Shown here: piece after piece, positions 36,782 through 45,819 of the stretch
How positions within the stretch are numbered: the first letter of the stretch is position 1
How the letters are laid out: each line of letters begins with the position of its first letter
NCBI GenBank assembly: GCA_900696575.1
Contig: CAADHD010000024.1
Coordinates: 36,818-100,817, forward strand
Length of the DNA: 64,000 bases
From: an uncultured Bacteroidota bacterium
Lineage (GTDB): Bacteria > Bacteroidota > Bacteroidia > AKYH767-A > OLB10
Direction: 5' to 3'
The notes under the pieces: generated by a model
What the model saw: the letters and a program-made list of their open reading frames with translations, nothing else
Database searches by the model: none
What the model was told of the DNA's origin: nothing
Position numbers and translations under genes: made by a program

Positions 36782-39700
36782 AATGTTCTGTTTTTATGTA
36801 TGTCAATGGTAATTTCAAACTGCATCCCGCTGCCATTGGAAAAAAATCCATGTTTTGCATGAATGATATGAGCACGCTTAATCACATTTTTCATACCGTA
36901 TCCATTGGATGAATCTCCGGTTGGTGAAAATCCTTTTCCGTTATCAGAAAACCGAAGTGTGAGCGAGCCGTTGTGTTGTTCCGCATCAAGATGGGTTGTT
37001 GTAGCTTGAGCGTGCTTCATACTGTTATGCATTACCTCTTTAAAAATAAGCAGCAAATGCCTTTTGTAAGCCAAAGGCAGAATTACATTTTTCAATTCGG
37101 GCAATACCTCTGCAGAAGTAAATTCTATACCGGTGTGATCAAACAATTCATGCCCGAAGTTCCGCAGCTGTTCATAGGTTTCATAAGCAGAATCTTTTTC
37201 GGGATCCATAGCCCAGAGAAGATCTTTCATGGTATGATAGAGTCCGGAAGAGGTTTCAATGATTTTATCCAGATACTGGCGGAGTTCATGCTGCGTTTCA
37301 GGAATTTTATTCCGTAGAATATCACTGAACCAGCTTATGGTAGTGAGTTTGTGTCCTAACTCATCATGAAAATCGGCAGCCGTTTCTTTTCTTATTCTTT
37401 CGGCCTCTTTGATTTTGGCTAATTTTATATGTAACCGGTAACGGTGAATTAAAAGAAATCCAATGGCTATTAAGACAGCAATTAATGCATAAAACCAAAA
37501 GGTTTGATGGAATGGCGGGGTAATAATGATTCTCAATTGATCAGGAACCGGATTGAAAATGCCATCGCTGTTCGATGCTTTAACTTTAAAAACATACTTT
37601 CCCGGAGGAAGACCTGAAAAATTAACCTGACGCGCTGTGCCACCTGGAATCCACTCGCTCTGGAAGCCTTCAAGCATGTAAACAAACTGATTTTTTGAAG
37701 GGTCATGGTAATGGAATGCGTTGAATGAAATGGAAAAACTGTTTTCATAATGTTTCAGTTTTATCTGACGGATGCCTTCATCCGACAAAGCAATTCTTTT
37801 GTTCATATCGGGCATCATAAAACCGCTGATGTACACTTTAGGAGGAATGGTATCAATCAGAATCTGACCGGGATAGAAGGAAGTGTAGCCCTGAATACCT
37901 CCAAAGAAAAACTCACCATCTTCCGAAACAGAATAAGCCCCGCCATTAAATTCATTGCTTTGTAATCCATCATTGATATCAAAATTCACCGTTCGTATGC
38001 CTTCCGGATCGAAACGGGTAAGGCCGCCATTGGTGCTTAGCCATAATAGTTCCGTAGAAGACTCAGGTACACAGGTGTAAATGGTATTGTTGCTGATGTT
38101 ATTCTCCGTGCTGTAATTGGTGAATTGCCAATGCCCCTTTTCTTGGCTTAATCGGGTTAATCCGTTGGCAGTACCCAGCCAGTATTCTCCATTCCTTTTT
38201 TTAGCAATGTGGTAAATGTTGCTGCTGCGCAATGAATTCTTGTTGTAACGGTCATGAGTAAGCCATTCGGGATTACTAAAAGCTTTACTTTCCTTTGCCA
38301 GCAAGGCAAGCCCGGTGTTGGTGCCCAGCATTAAGTAGTTTTCATCGCTATAAAATGCGGTAATGCTGAGCAGCGATGACTTTTTCTCTTTCTCCGTGTT
38401 AAGGTTGGCAACCAGAATGAAATCGTTTGTTACTGCTTCATACCGGTAAACACGCAATCCTTTAATGACATAGATAAACCCGCTGTTATCGGTATAAACG
38501 GCATTGACAAAGCTACGGTCATCTTCTCTTGCCAATGGAAAATGCCTGATTTTCTGCATGGGCATTTCGGTATCCTCAATCATGAAAACACCCAAAGCAC
38601 TGCTAATCCAGATTCTGTGGCCGGAATCCATAATCATTCCAGTTATGAATAGTCTGCCGTTATCTTTTATCAGAAATATTTTTTCGGGTGTTATTTCCTG
38701 GTTCTTCTTCAGAAACAATCCTTCCTGTGTACCTATCCAGATTTGACCATGGTGATCCTTCAATATGCTTCTGACTACCGGGGAGGTTACATGCTCATAC
38801 TCCATCCTGTCTGACTTGAAATTCTTTAACACCGGCACTAACCTTATGCATCCTCCGGCAAAAGTCCCTGTCCAGATAAGATGTCTGCTTATTCTGTCTT
38901 CAAAAAATGCCATCACTGATCCGGTAAGCCGTGCATTACCAAGAGAAACTTTTTCGCAATGCTGCCAGTCAAATTGACCATCAGGTAAACTTTTAACTTT
39001 AAAAAGACCATTCCCGTCAGACCCAAGCCAAAGATGACCGGAGGAAGAAATAAATAATTGCTGCCATGGTGTTCCTGAAGGAATATCGTTACTGTAAGCT
39101 ATGGGTTTTATCTGTAAGTCTTCTAGTTCAAACAAAGATTTTGAAGTGGCCATAACCAGATTTCCGGAACTGCCGGTTACAAGGCTTATTATCCGGTCTG
39201 ACTGTAGGCCGGAGTTTTTTTTGTGAAAATGATTTTTCAAAATGAACGTTTTATTTTTCCACTCATACCCCATTAATCCAACTGATGAAGCAACCCATAC
39301 TTTATCATCCGGTGTAAATGCCAGGTCAAAAACCTGAAACGACTCGCCCGGTTTTTTTAATTCACTGCCGTTTAATGAATGGCATTTGATTTTGACATCA
39401 AACACATCCCTGCCATCTGAAACTTCAAGCAGCGCTAATCCATTTCCTGTTGCAATCCAGATATTTCCAAAGCGATCTGAAGCAATCCGGTAAATGTTAT
39501 TGGAGGGAAACCGCTCCGTGTTCTCCATGCTGATGTGCCTGAATTTTGCGATACCGGGAATAAAAACATTCAGACCACTGTGTTGGGTTCCGGCCCACAT
39601 CCAGCCGCGCTTATCATAATGCAGGGCTGTAATAAAGTTGGAGGAAATACTTAATGAATCAAACGGATCTTCACGGAAAATTTTAAACCCGTTTCCATCA

Positions 39701-39888
39701 TAACGGCAAAGACCATCCTGAGTTCCCATCCAGGTAAATCCGGTTTCATCCTGCGTTATGCAATAGACAGAACTTTGAGCCAACCCTTCTGATAACGAAA
39801 CCGAAACCGGTCTGTATATCTGAGCAAATGTTTCATAGCTGGTGAAACAGGAAAACAGAAATGTTAAAATGCGAAATTTGATTTTCAT
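36778..39888 (-). CDS. Sensor histidine kinase with Reg_prop beta-propellers, Y_Y_Y domain and HisKA_3
   Basis: Repeated W.GT..GL motifs, DGLQSNEFN, Y.LEGF...W, GKYVFKVKASNSDG, TM, AADFHDELG, DNGKGF, GYGMKN; overlaps the RR start (ATGA). Confidence 0.9.
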   Translation of the reverse strand: MKIKFRILTFLFSCFTSYETFAQIYRPVSVSLSEGLAQSSVYCITQDETGFTWMGTQDGLCRYDGNGFKIFREDPFDSLSISSNFITALHYDKRGWMWAGTQHSGLNVFIPGIAKFRHISMENTERFPSNNIYRIASDRFGNIWIATGNGLALLEVSDGRDVFDVKIKCHSLNGSELKKPGESFQVFDLAFTPDDKVWVASSVGLMGYEWKNKTFILKNHFHKKNSGLQSDRIISLVTGSSGNLVMATSKSLFELEDLQIKPIAYSNDIPSGTPWQQLFISSSGHLWLGSDGNGLFKVKSLPDGQFDWQHCEKVSLGNARLTGSVMAFFEDRISRHLIWTGTFAGGCIRLVPVLKNFKSDRMEYEHVTSPVVRSILKDHHGQIWIGTQEGLFLKKNQEITPEKIFLIKDNGRLFITGMIMDSGHRIWISSALGVFMIEDTEMPMQKIRHFPLAREDDRSFVNAVYTDNSGFIYVIKGLRVYRYEAVTNDFILVANLNTEKEKKSSLLSITAFYSDENYLMLGTNTGLALLAKESKAFSNPEWLTHDRYNKNSLRSSNIYHIAKKRNGEYWLGTANGLTRLSQEKGHWQFTNYSTENNISNNTIYTCVPESSTELLWLSTNGGLTRFDPEGIRTVNFDINDGLQSNEFNGGAYSVSEDGEFFFGGIQGYTSFYPGQILIDTIPPKVYISGFMMPDMNKRIALSDEGIRQIKLKHYENSFSISFNAFHYHDPSKNQFVYMLEGFQSEWIPGGTARQVNFSGLPPGKYVFKVKASNSDGIFNPVPDQLRIIITPPFHQTFWFYALIAVLIAIGFLLIHRYRLHIKLAKIKEAERIRKETAADFHDELGHKLTTISWFSDILRNKIPETQHELRQYLDKIIETSSGLYHTMKDLLWAMDPEKDSAYETYEQLRNFGHELFDHTGIEFTSAEVLPELKNVILPLAYKRHLLLIFKEVMHNSMKHAQATTTHLDAEQHNGSLTLRFSDNGKGFSPTGDSSNGYGMKNVIKRAHIIHAKHGFFSNGSGMQFEITIDIHKNRTL

Positions 39889-39966
39889 CCGTTCAACAAA
39901 CATAGTTGAAATTATTCTGCTGCCGGATAACAGCGGCAACATCATGATGTGGAGAATGAAATTTAA

Positions 39967-41001
39967 TTATTCGGTTATTTGATGATAAACCCAACCGCCA
40001 TCAGGAAGCAGCGATTTCAAATCATTCAATTCTTTACTTGCTTCGGATGAGGAGGTAAATCTTCCGGCACTGACCATTGTTAATCCTGCTTTTGATTTTC
40101 CGATGATGGCAGCTTGCAATCCTTGTGCTGATAACCGTTCAAGCAGCTTGCCTGCATTTTCTTCTATTTTAAAACATCCGGCAATGATATAATAACTGCC
40201 CTCTGCCGTTTCAGACTCAGGAACAATTTGTTCAGTTTCCGAAACAGAAACCGGTGATGAATTAATCTCTGCCTTCGCTGCCGTTTCGAAATCATCAGGC
40301 GCGGATTCAACACTATGTTTAACCTCAGGTGGTGCTTGTCTTTCTTCCGGTTGCATTTCTTCCGCAATTTCTGATGGTTTAATGCTTAAATTTTTATTCT
40401 GAAAACCGTCCTGTTTAATGATCCGGAAACCTGCTAAGGATGCGAGATTCATTTCAAACTTAGGGAACATCAGCACGGAAGCTATCAGCAAAGCAATTGC
40501 TGCAGCTGTGGAAATATAATCTGCGGTTTTTGAGACTGCTGATTTTCCGGCTTTTTTACTGACTGCAATCTGCCTGATTTTACCTTTCGCATCAGCAAGC
40601 ACCGCAACTGGCTTTAAACCAAAGGATGACAGCAAAAAATTATTCTGTTTATCAGGACTAAACTGAAGTTTCTTTTCATGATTCAGGTAAAAACTTCCTA
40701 TACCTTCGAGCGAAAACCGATTGCCGGCATTAACAGTGCTTCTGATTTCTTCCGTCCATTTCATCAATTGAAGTGAGGCACCGGCATAGGAAATTTTTTC
40801 CTTCCGGCTGATGTAATTAACTAATAAGCCATCGTTAATGACTAACTGGTTGTTGAATATCAGTTTTCTTGAAGGCGGTATCAGCTTTTTATATTCATGG
40901 TTAAAAGACGCGCCCACCGGCTGCGCTATCAATCCTCCAAAACCCGGAATGATAACACAGTCATGAATAAAAAGCAATTCTGAAATGTATCGGGCTATCA
41001 T
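39967..41001 (-). CDS. HU-like (CCDC81-type) domain + TM + SPOR domain protein
   Basis: HDCVIIPGFGG, NDGLLVNYI, LEGIGSF HU-like repeats; TM AAAIALLIASVLMF; SPOR YYIIAGCFKIEENA. Confidence 0.85.
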   Translation of the reverse strand: MIARYISELLFIHDCVIIPGFGGLIAQPVGASFNHEYKKLIPPSRKLIFNNQLVINDGLLVNYISRKEKISYAGASLQLMKWTEEIRSTVNAGNRFSLEGIGSFYLNHEKKLQFSPDKQNNFLLSSFGLKPVAVLADAKGKIRQIAVSKKAGKSAVSKTADYISTAAAIALLIASVLMFPKFEMNLASLAGFRIIKQDGFQNKNLSIKPSEIAEEMQPEERQAPPEVKHSVESAPDDFETAAKAEINSSPVSVSETEQIVPESETAEGSYYIIAGCFKIEENAGKLLERLSAQGLQAAIIGKSKAGLTMVSAGRFTSSSEASKELNDLKSLLPDGGWVYHQITE

Positions 41002-41033
41002 TTTAATTGCCCGCTAAGATAACCAAACAAGGT

Positions 41034-41768
41034 TCAGAGGCGGTAAGTTTTTATTAACCGTTCCAGATCTTCGGGTGTGTCCACAGCATGGCTGGTTGCT
41101 TCGGTAAATGCAGCATGAATAGTATAACCATTATCAATCCAGCGGAGTTGCTCCAGCGATTCGGCTGCTTCAAGGCCTGAGGGTTTCAGTTGAACAATTT
41201 TATTAAGGGATGGGCTCTTATAGCCGTAAATGCCCACATGAATATAATAATTACGCATCTCAAAAGAAATTTGCTCTTTATAATAAGGAATGGGCATGCG
41301 GCTGAAATAAATGGAATGGCCAATTTGATTCATAACCGCTTTGACGGCATTAAGATTCAAGACTTCTTCCATGCCTGTAGCTTTTCGAACCAGGGTTGCA
41401 ATTTCAACTTCAGGATTCAAAAGCAACTCTGCTATGCGATCAATCTGAGAAGGCTCAAGAAAAGGTTCATCCCCCTGAATGTTGATAACAGCATCTGCTT
41501 TTAGCTGAAGCAAAGACAATGCTTCTGCGCAACGCTCGGTTCCGGTTTGATGAGCTGAACTTGTCAATACCACATTGCCTCCAAAAGAGTTTACGACATC
41601 AAAAATCCGTTGATCATCTGTAGCTACGGCTATTGAATTTAATCGTGTTGATTTTTCAGCCTGACGGTAAACGCGCTCAATCATGGTCATGCTGCCAATC
41701 AAGGCGAGAGGTTTTCCCGGAAAACGGGTGGAACCATAGCGAGCAGGTATGATACCGGTTATTTTCAT
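41034..41768 (-). CDS. kdsB: 3-deoxy-manno-octulosonate cytidylyltransferase
   Basis: IIPARYGSTRFPGKPL, NIQGDEP, YFSR, H.GIYGY, ESLEQLRW, VDTPEDL. Confidence 0.97.
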   Translation of the reverse strand: MKITGIIPARYGSTRFPGKPLALIGSMTMIERVYRQAEKSTRLNSIAVATDDQRIFDVVNSFGGNVVLTSSAHQTGTERCAEALSLLQLKADAVINIQGDEPFLEPSQIDRIAELLLNPEVEIATLVRKATGMEEVLNLNAVKAVMNQIGHSIYFSRMPIPYYKEQISFEMRNYYIHVGIYGYKSPSLNKIVQLKPSGLEAAESLEQLRWIDNGYTIHAAFTEATSHAVDTPEDLERLIKTYRL

Positions 41769-42250
41769 TTGCCTGAAAACTGGCCGGCAGACAAACGCAT
41801 TAAGGTACGCGACAATCCATAGCTCATAAAACGAAGCTGGCTCACCTGATTATCACTTACCACTTTCAAACTTTTGAAATAGCGCTCCCAGAGTTCGAAT
41901 GGTGCATCTTCGGTAGGAATACAGAAATACTCAGGCGGAAACTTGTCTTTAGTATAAATCATAATGATGGCGCATGGATATTCCTCTCCATGCCGAATCA
42001 AACCTTTAAAAGCTACGGTGCGGTCAGGCTCTTCAAAGATTCCAAAATCAGCAATGCGGTAGCCTTGTTTCATCGGGAGTTTATTCTGCAACTGAATTTT
42101 ATATCCAACGGTTCCGAAGTTGTATTCTTCTTCGCTGGTAGGATTTATTTTTTGACAGAAGGCGTTATTGAAATTACTTAAAACCATTAAAAGAGAAATG
42201 GCTATTGAAGCATATTTGAATGGCAGGTTCATGCTGAAATTTATCAGCAC
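41765..42250 (-). CDS. Hypothetical exported protein
   Basis: Signal-like N-terminus; ATGA overlap with kdsB. Confidence 0.65.
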   Translation of the reverse strand: MLINFSMNLPFKYASIAISLLMVLSNFNNAFCQKINPTSEEEYNFGTVGYKIQLQNKLPMKQGYRIADFGIFEEPDRTVAFKGLIRHGEEYPCAIIMIYTKDKFPPEYFCIPTEDAPFELWERYFKSLKVVSDNQVSQLRFMSYGLSRTLMRLSAGQFSGK

Positions 42251-42284
42251 AAATAAAGCTAATTACTGCTGAAAGCGATGTGAA

Positions 42285-43190
42285 TCAGAAACCCGGGCAG
42301 GCATCATTAACATCATGCTTTTTTCTGGTGATACCGAGCAACCCGCCTCGTTTTCCGCGTCCGCCACCGGGAGTACCCGGATTAAAAATAACCGAGATGC
42401 CGATGTGCGAATAGCTGTCTTTCATCTTGGGATTACCGCGGCTGCGCCCGGCAGGCGGATAAAGAGGTTCTAACCTGCGGTTGGCCAGCGCAACGGTAAG
42501 TAGCCCATAAGGGGCAGAAGCAAGCAATGCAGAATCAACATAAAAGGTGCTTACATCGTCAATGTAATCGGTGTTGGTTTTATGATGCCCATAATCTACC
42601 CGTATTCTCCATTTAGGAGATGGCTGAATGGAAATGCCTATTCCCACCGGAAAGGAAATACCTGTTAAGGAATAAGGCTTGTTAAAGGTAACCTCTGTTA
42701 TATTCTGACCTTCTGTTCCCAAAGGATGGAGTTCATACCAACGGCCATTGTACAGGGCTTTGGGGTTAAATTTAAAAGCCCCTGCTCCGCCATAAATAAA
42801 CGGGTTTACAACAGGTCTGCGGTTTAAATTACGAAGTGAAAATTCAAAATGAACGGCCAGTTCGTTGATAGAAGATTTGAAACTTTGATTCCGCAACAGG
42901 TTGTCTTTTTCGGTAGCTCTGGCATCATCAGCCGCTACACTTCCATGCATAAAGTTTATTGACATTTCAGCATGAGAGAAAATGCGGTTTACTACTCCTA
43001 CCCTGACGAATGGTTTAAATGAACTTGTCTTGGAAAAAACCTTATCCAATTTTTCGCTCAGGTCGCCCTGATACCACATTACACCTGTTCCGGCAAGGAA
43101 GCCGGTATTACCTTGAGCAAAAGATAATTGTTGAAAACCTGAAAGCAGGAAGAATAAACAAAGCGAAGAAAAAAACTTAAATTGATTCAT
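42285..43190 (-). CDS. DUF6089/PorG-like outer-membrane beta-barrel protein
   Basis: YQGDL, RNQSFKS.I.E, FNPKA..NG.WYEL.PLGTEGQ, TDYIDDVS, RGNP..KDSY. Confidence 0.75.
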   Translation of the reverse strand: MNQFKFFSSLCLFFLLSGFQQLSFAQGNTGFLAGTGVMWYQGDLSEKLDKVFSKTSSFKPFVRVGVVNRIFSHAEMSINFMHGSVAADDARATEKDNLLRNQSFKSSINELAVHFEFSLRNLNRRPVVNPFIYGGAGAFKFNPKALYNGRWYELHPLGTEGQNITEVTFNKPYSLTGISFPVGIGISIQPSPKWRIRVDYGHHKTNTDYIDDVSTFYVDSALLASAPYGLLTVALANRRLEPLYPPAGRSRGNPKMKDSYSHIGISVIFNPGTPGGGRGKRGGLLGITRKKHDVNDACPGF

Positions 43191-43272
43191 GGCAGTTATT
43201 CAGTTGGAGCAGGTTGCAAGAAATTTCTTACAAATCTACCGGCTGATTATACGGCCACTCTTATGCGAAAGT

Positions 43273-44799
43273 TTAAGATATTAACAAAGTTTTCCCTGTC
43301 ATTTCAACAGGAACAGGAACATTTAAGAGTTGTAAAATACTGGGGGCTAAATCGGCAAGAATTCCGTTTTTAAGGTTTAAACTGCAGGGCTTTCTGTTTA
43401 CCAGAATGCAGGGAACCGGATTAGTAGTGTGAGCCGTATTGGGGCTGCCGTCTTTATTCATCATTTTTTCGGCATTACCATGATCGGCAGTAATTAAAAA
43501 TGTGTAATCCTGTTCCAATCCGCATTCCAGAATTTTCTTTACGCAGGAGTCAACGGTTTGAATAGCTTTGATGATGGCAGACCTGACTCCTGTATGACCC
43601 ACCATATCCGGATTGGCAAAGTTGAGACAGATGAAATCATACTTTTCCGATTTAATGGCAGCCAGCATTTTAGCCGTTACTTCAGGGGCACTCATTTCGG
43701 GTTGCAAATCATACGTAGCCACTTTGGGTGAAGCAATCAAAGCACGGTCTTCGCCAGGAAAAACTTCTTCCCTGCCACCCGAAAAGAAAAAAGTAACATG
43801 AGGATATTTTTCGGTTTCAGCAATGCGGAGTTGGGTCAAACCTGCTTTGCTGATCACTTCGCCTAAAGTATTCTGAAGGTTATCTTTTTCAAAGATAACA
43901 TTTACGTTCTTAAACTTATCATCATACCGTGTCATGGTTACATAATGCAGCGGAATTATTCGCATACCGTATTCGGGCATATCCTGTTGAGTAAGCGCCT
44001 GTGTTATTTCCCGGCAACGGTCAGTTCTGAAATTAAAACACAAAACGGCATCACCGGGTTCAATAACAGCAACAGGTTTTCCGTCTTGTATTATCACTTT
44101 AGGTTTCACAAACTCATCAGTAATTCCGATTTGATACGAATGCTCAACTGCTTCAATGGGTGAATAAAAAGATTCACCTGCGCCATGCACCAGCAAATCA
44201 TAAGCCTCTTTAACACGTTCCCAGCGTTTATCCCGGTCCATAGCATAATACCTGCCGATAACAGAAGCGATCCGCGCTCCGGTTTTATTTGTTTTTTCAA
44301 TCAAATCATTAATATAAGTGAGACCGCTTTTGGGGTCGGTATCGCGACCATCAAGAAATGCATGAATAAAAATTTTATTCAATCCCTTTTCTGCAGCCTG
44401 TTCACACAGCCTGATAAGGTGATTGATATGAGAATGTACACCGCCATCTGAAACAAGTCCCATCAGATGCAATGGCTTGTTATTTTCTAAAGCATAGTGG
44501 AATGTCTGATTCAGGACAGGATTCTTATCAAGCGTTTTTTCTTTAATGGCTTTATGGATAAGCGCCAGCTCCTGATACACAATTCTTCCTGCTCCGATAT
44601 TCAGATGCCCGACTTCTGAATTACCCATCTGGCCATCGGGCAGGCCCACATTTTCACCGGAAGTAAGCAGTTCACAAACCGGATAATTTTTCATCAGTCC
44701 AAAAACATAAGGAGCATTGGCCGGAACCACTGCATTAGCTTCGGAAACGGGAGCATTGCCCCAACCGTCAAGAATCATTAAAATTACTTTTCGTTTCAT
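43273..44799 (-). CDS. gpmI: 2,3-bisphosphoglycerate-independent phosphoglycerate mutase
   Basis: LMILDGWG, GQMGNSEVGH, GRYYAMDRD, AETEKYPHVTFF, NPDMVGHTG, TADHGNAE. Confidence 0.98.
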   Translation of the reverse strand: MKRKVILMILDGWGNAPVSEANAVVPANAPYVFGLMKNYPVCELLTSGENVGLPDGQMGNSEVGHLNIGAGRIVYQELALIHKAIKEKTLDKNPVLNQTFHYALENNKPLHLMGLVSDGGVHSHINHLIRLCEQAAEKGLNKIFIHAFLDGRDTDPKSGLTYINDLIEKTNKTGARIASVIGRYYAMDRDKRWERVKEAYDLLVHGAGESFYSPIEAVEHSYQIGITDEFVKPKVIIQDGKPVAVIEPGDAVLCFNFRTDRCREITQALTQQDMPEYGMRIIPLHYVTMTRYDDKFKNVNVIFEKDNLQNTLGEVISKAGLTQLRIAETEKYPHVTFFFSGGREEVFPGEDRALIASPKVATYDLQPEMSAPEVTAKMLAAIKSEKYDFICLNFANPDMVGHTGVRSAIIKAIQTVDSCVKKILECGLEQDYTFLITADHGNAEKMMNKDGSPNTAHTTNPVPCILVNRKPCSLNLKNGILADLAPSILQLLNVPVPVEMTGKTLLIS

Positions 44800-44803
44800 C
44801 AAT

Positions 44804-45763
44804 TTATTTTTTCAGAATCATCTCTATCACTGCGCCATGAGGCTTATTGTCCTTTATGAAAACTTTTCCTCCATGCAATAAAGCAACATTCCAAACTATG
44901 TAAAGACCAAGCCCGGTACCTTTGGCAGCACGCGTTTCTTCATTGCCGATACGGTAAAATTTTTCAAAAATCTTCTTTCGTTCATGAGCCGGAATGCCCG
45001 GCCCGTTATCGCTGACGGAAAGGATAACATGTTTATCGCGCTCCTTGAGCTGAACCCGAATTTTTCCGTTTTCGGGCGAATACTTTTCCGCATTATCTAT
45101 TAGATTCAAAACAGCCGACTGCAGCGCCAGCGAATCGCCATGTATAAAAATTCCGGGCTGAACCTCGCCTTCTGTTTTCAGATTCTTCTTATTTACGCCC
45201 TGCCGCATGGTTATTGCTTCCTCAACAAGTTCACTTAGATTTATCTTTTCTTTATTAAGATGAAATGATTTGTCTTCGTAACGCGCGGCAGCCAATGCAT
45301 TTTCAACAAGCACATCAATTCGATTGGTTTCCATGATAGCACGGTTGAGAATTTTACTTTGCTGTTCTTTATCCAACTGATGTTTTTCCAGTGTTTGCAG
45401 GCTGAGTTTAATGGCAGCCAGTGGCGATTTGAATTCATGGGTTACAGCCAATAAAAAATTACGCTGCTGGCGGGAAAGGGTAAATTCTTTTTTGAACGAA
45501 CGTTGTGTAAGATGAATTCCGGCAAGCAGGAGCAATCCGAAAACAACGCCTTCTCCGGCTATCATCATCCAGCGTTTGTGCAAACTGTTCAATAAGGTAT
45601 ATTCTTCCTTTTCGGTATTGGCTTGAGCTTTATTCTGAAGTTCAAGAAGTTTGACTTTATGTTCGTAAACCTCGTCATTGAGTTTTACCAGCAGGTATGA
45701 CCACCAGCAGAATTGCAGCAAAATGTAAAGTACCAGTGCATAAAAAAACAGAAGGGGTTTCAT
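44804..45763 (-). CDS. Two-TM sensor histidine kinase (orphan)
   Basis: VTHEFKSPL, NLIDNAEKYS, DNGPGI, FEKFYR, GTGLGL. Confidence 0.92.
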   Translation of the reverse strand: MKPLLFFYALVLYILLQFCWWSYLLVKLNDEVYEHKVKLLELQNKAQANTEKEEYTLLNSLHKRWMMIAGEGVVFGLLLLAGIHLTQRSFKKEFTLSRQQRNFLLAVTHEFKSPLAAIKLSLQTLEKHQLDKEQQSKILNRAIMETNRIDVLVENALAAARYEDKSFHLNKEKINLSELVEEAITMRQGVNKKNLKTEGEVQPGIFIHGDSLALQSAVLNLIDNAEKYSPENGKIRVQLKERDKHVILSVSDNGPGIPAHERKKIFEKFYRIGNEETRAAKGTGLGLYIVWNVALLHGGKVFIKDNKPHGAVIEMILKK

Positions 45764-45790
45764 AAAAAAATGCCGCAGAATTCTGCGGCA
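45764..45790 (-). terminator. Perfect 20-bp palindrome with T tract (terminator of the PKD gene)
   Basis: tgccgcagaattctgcggca followed by 7 T on the minus strand. Confidence 0.65.
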
Positions 45791-45819
45791 AAGTTAGTCT
45801 ATGTTTATGGCCTCAAAGT

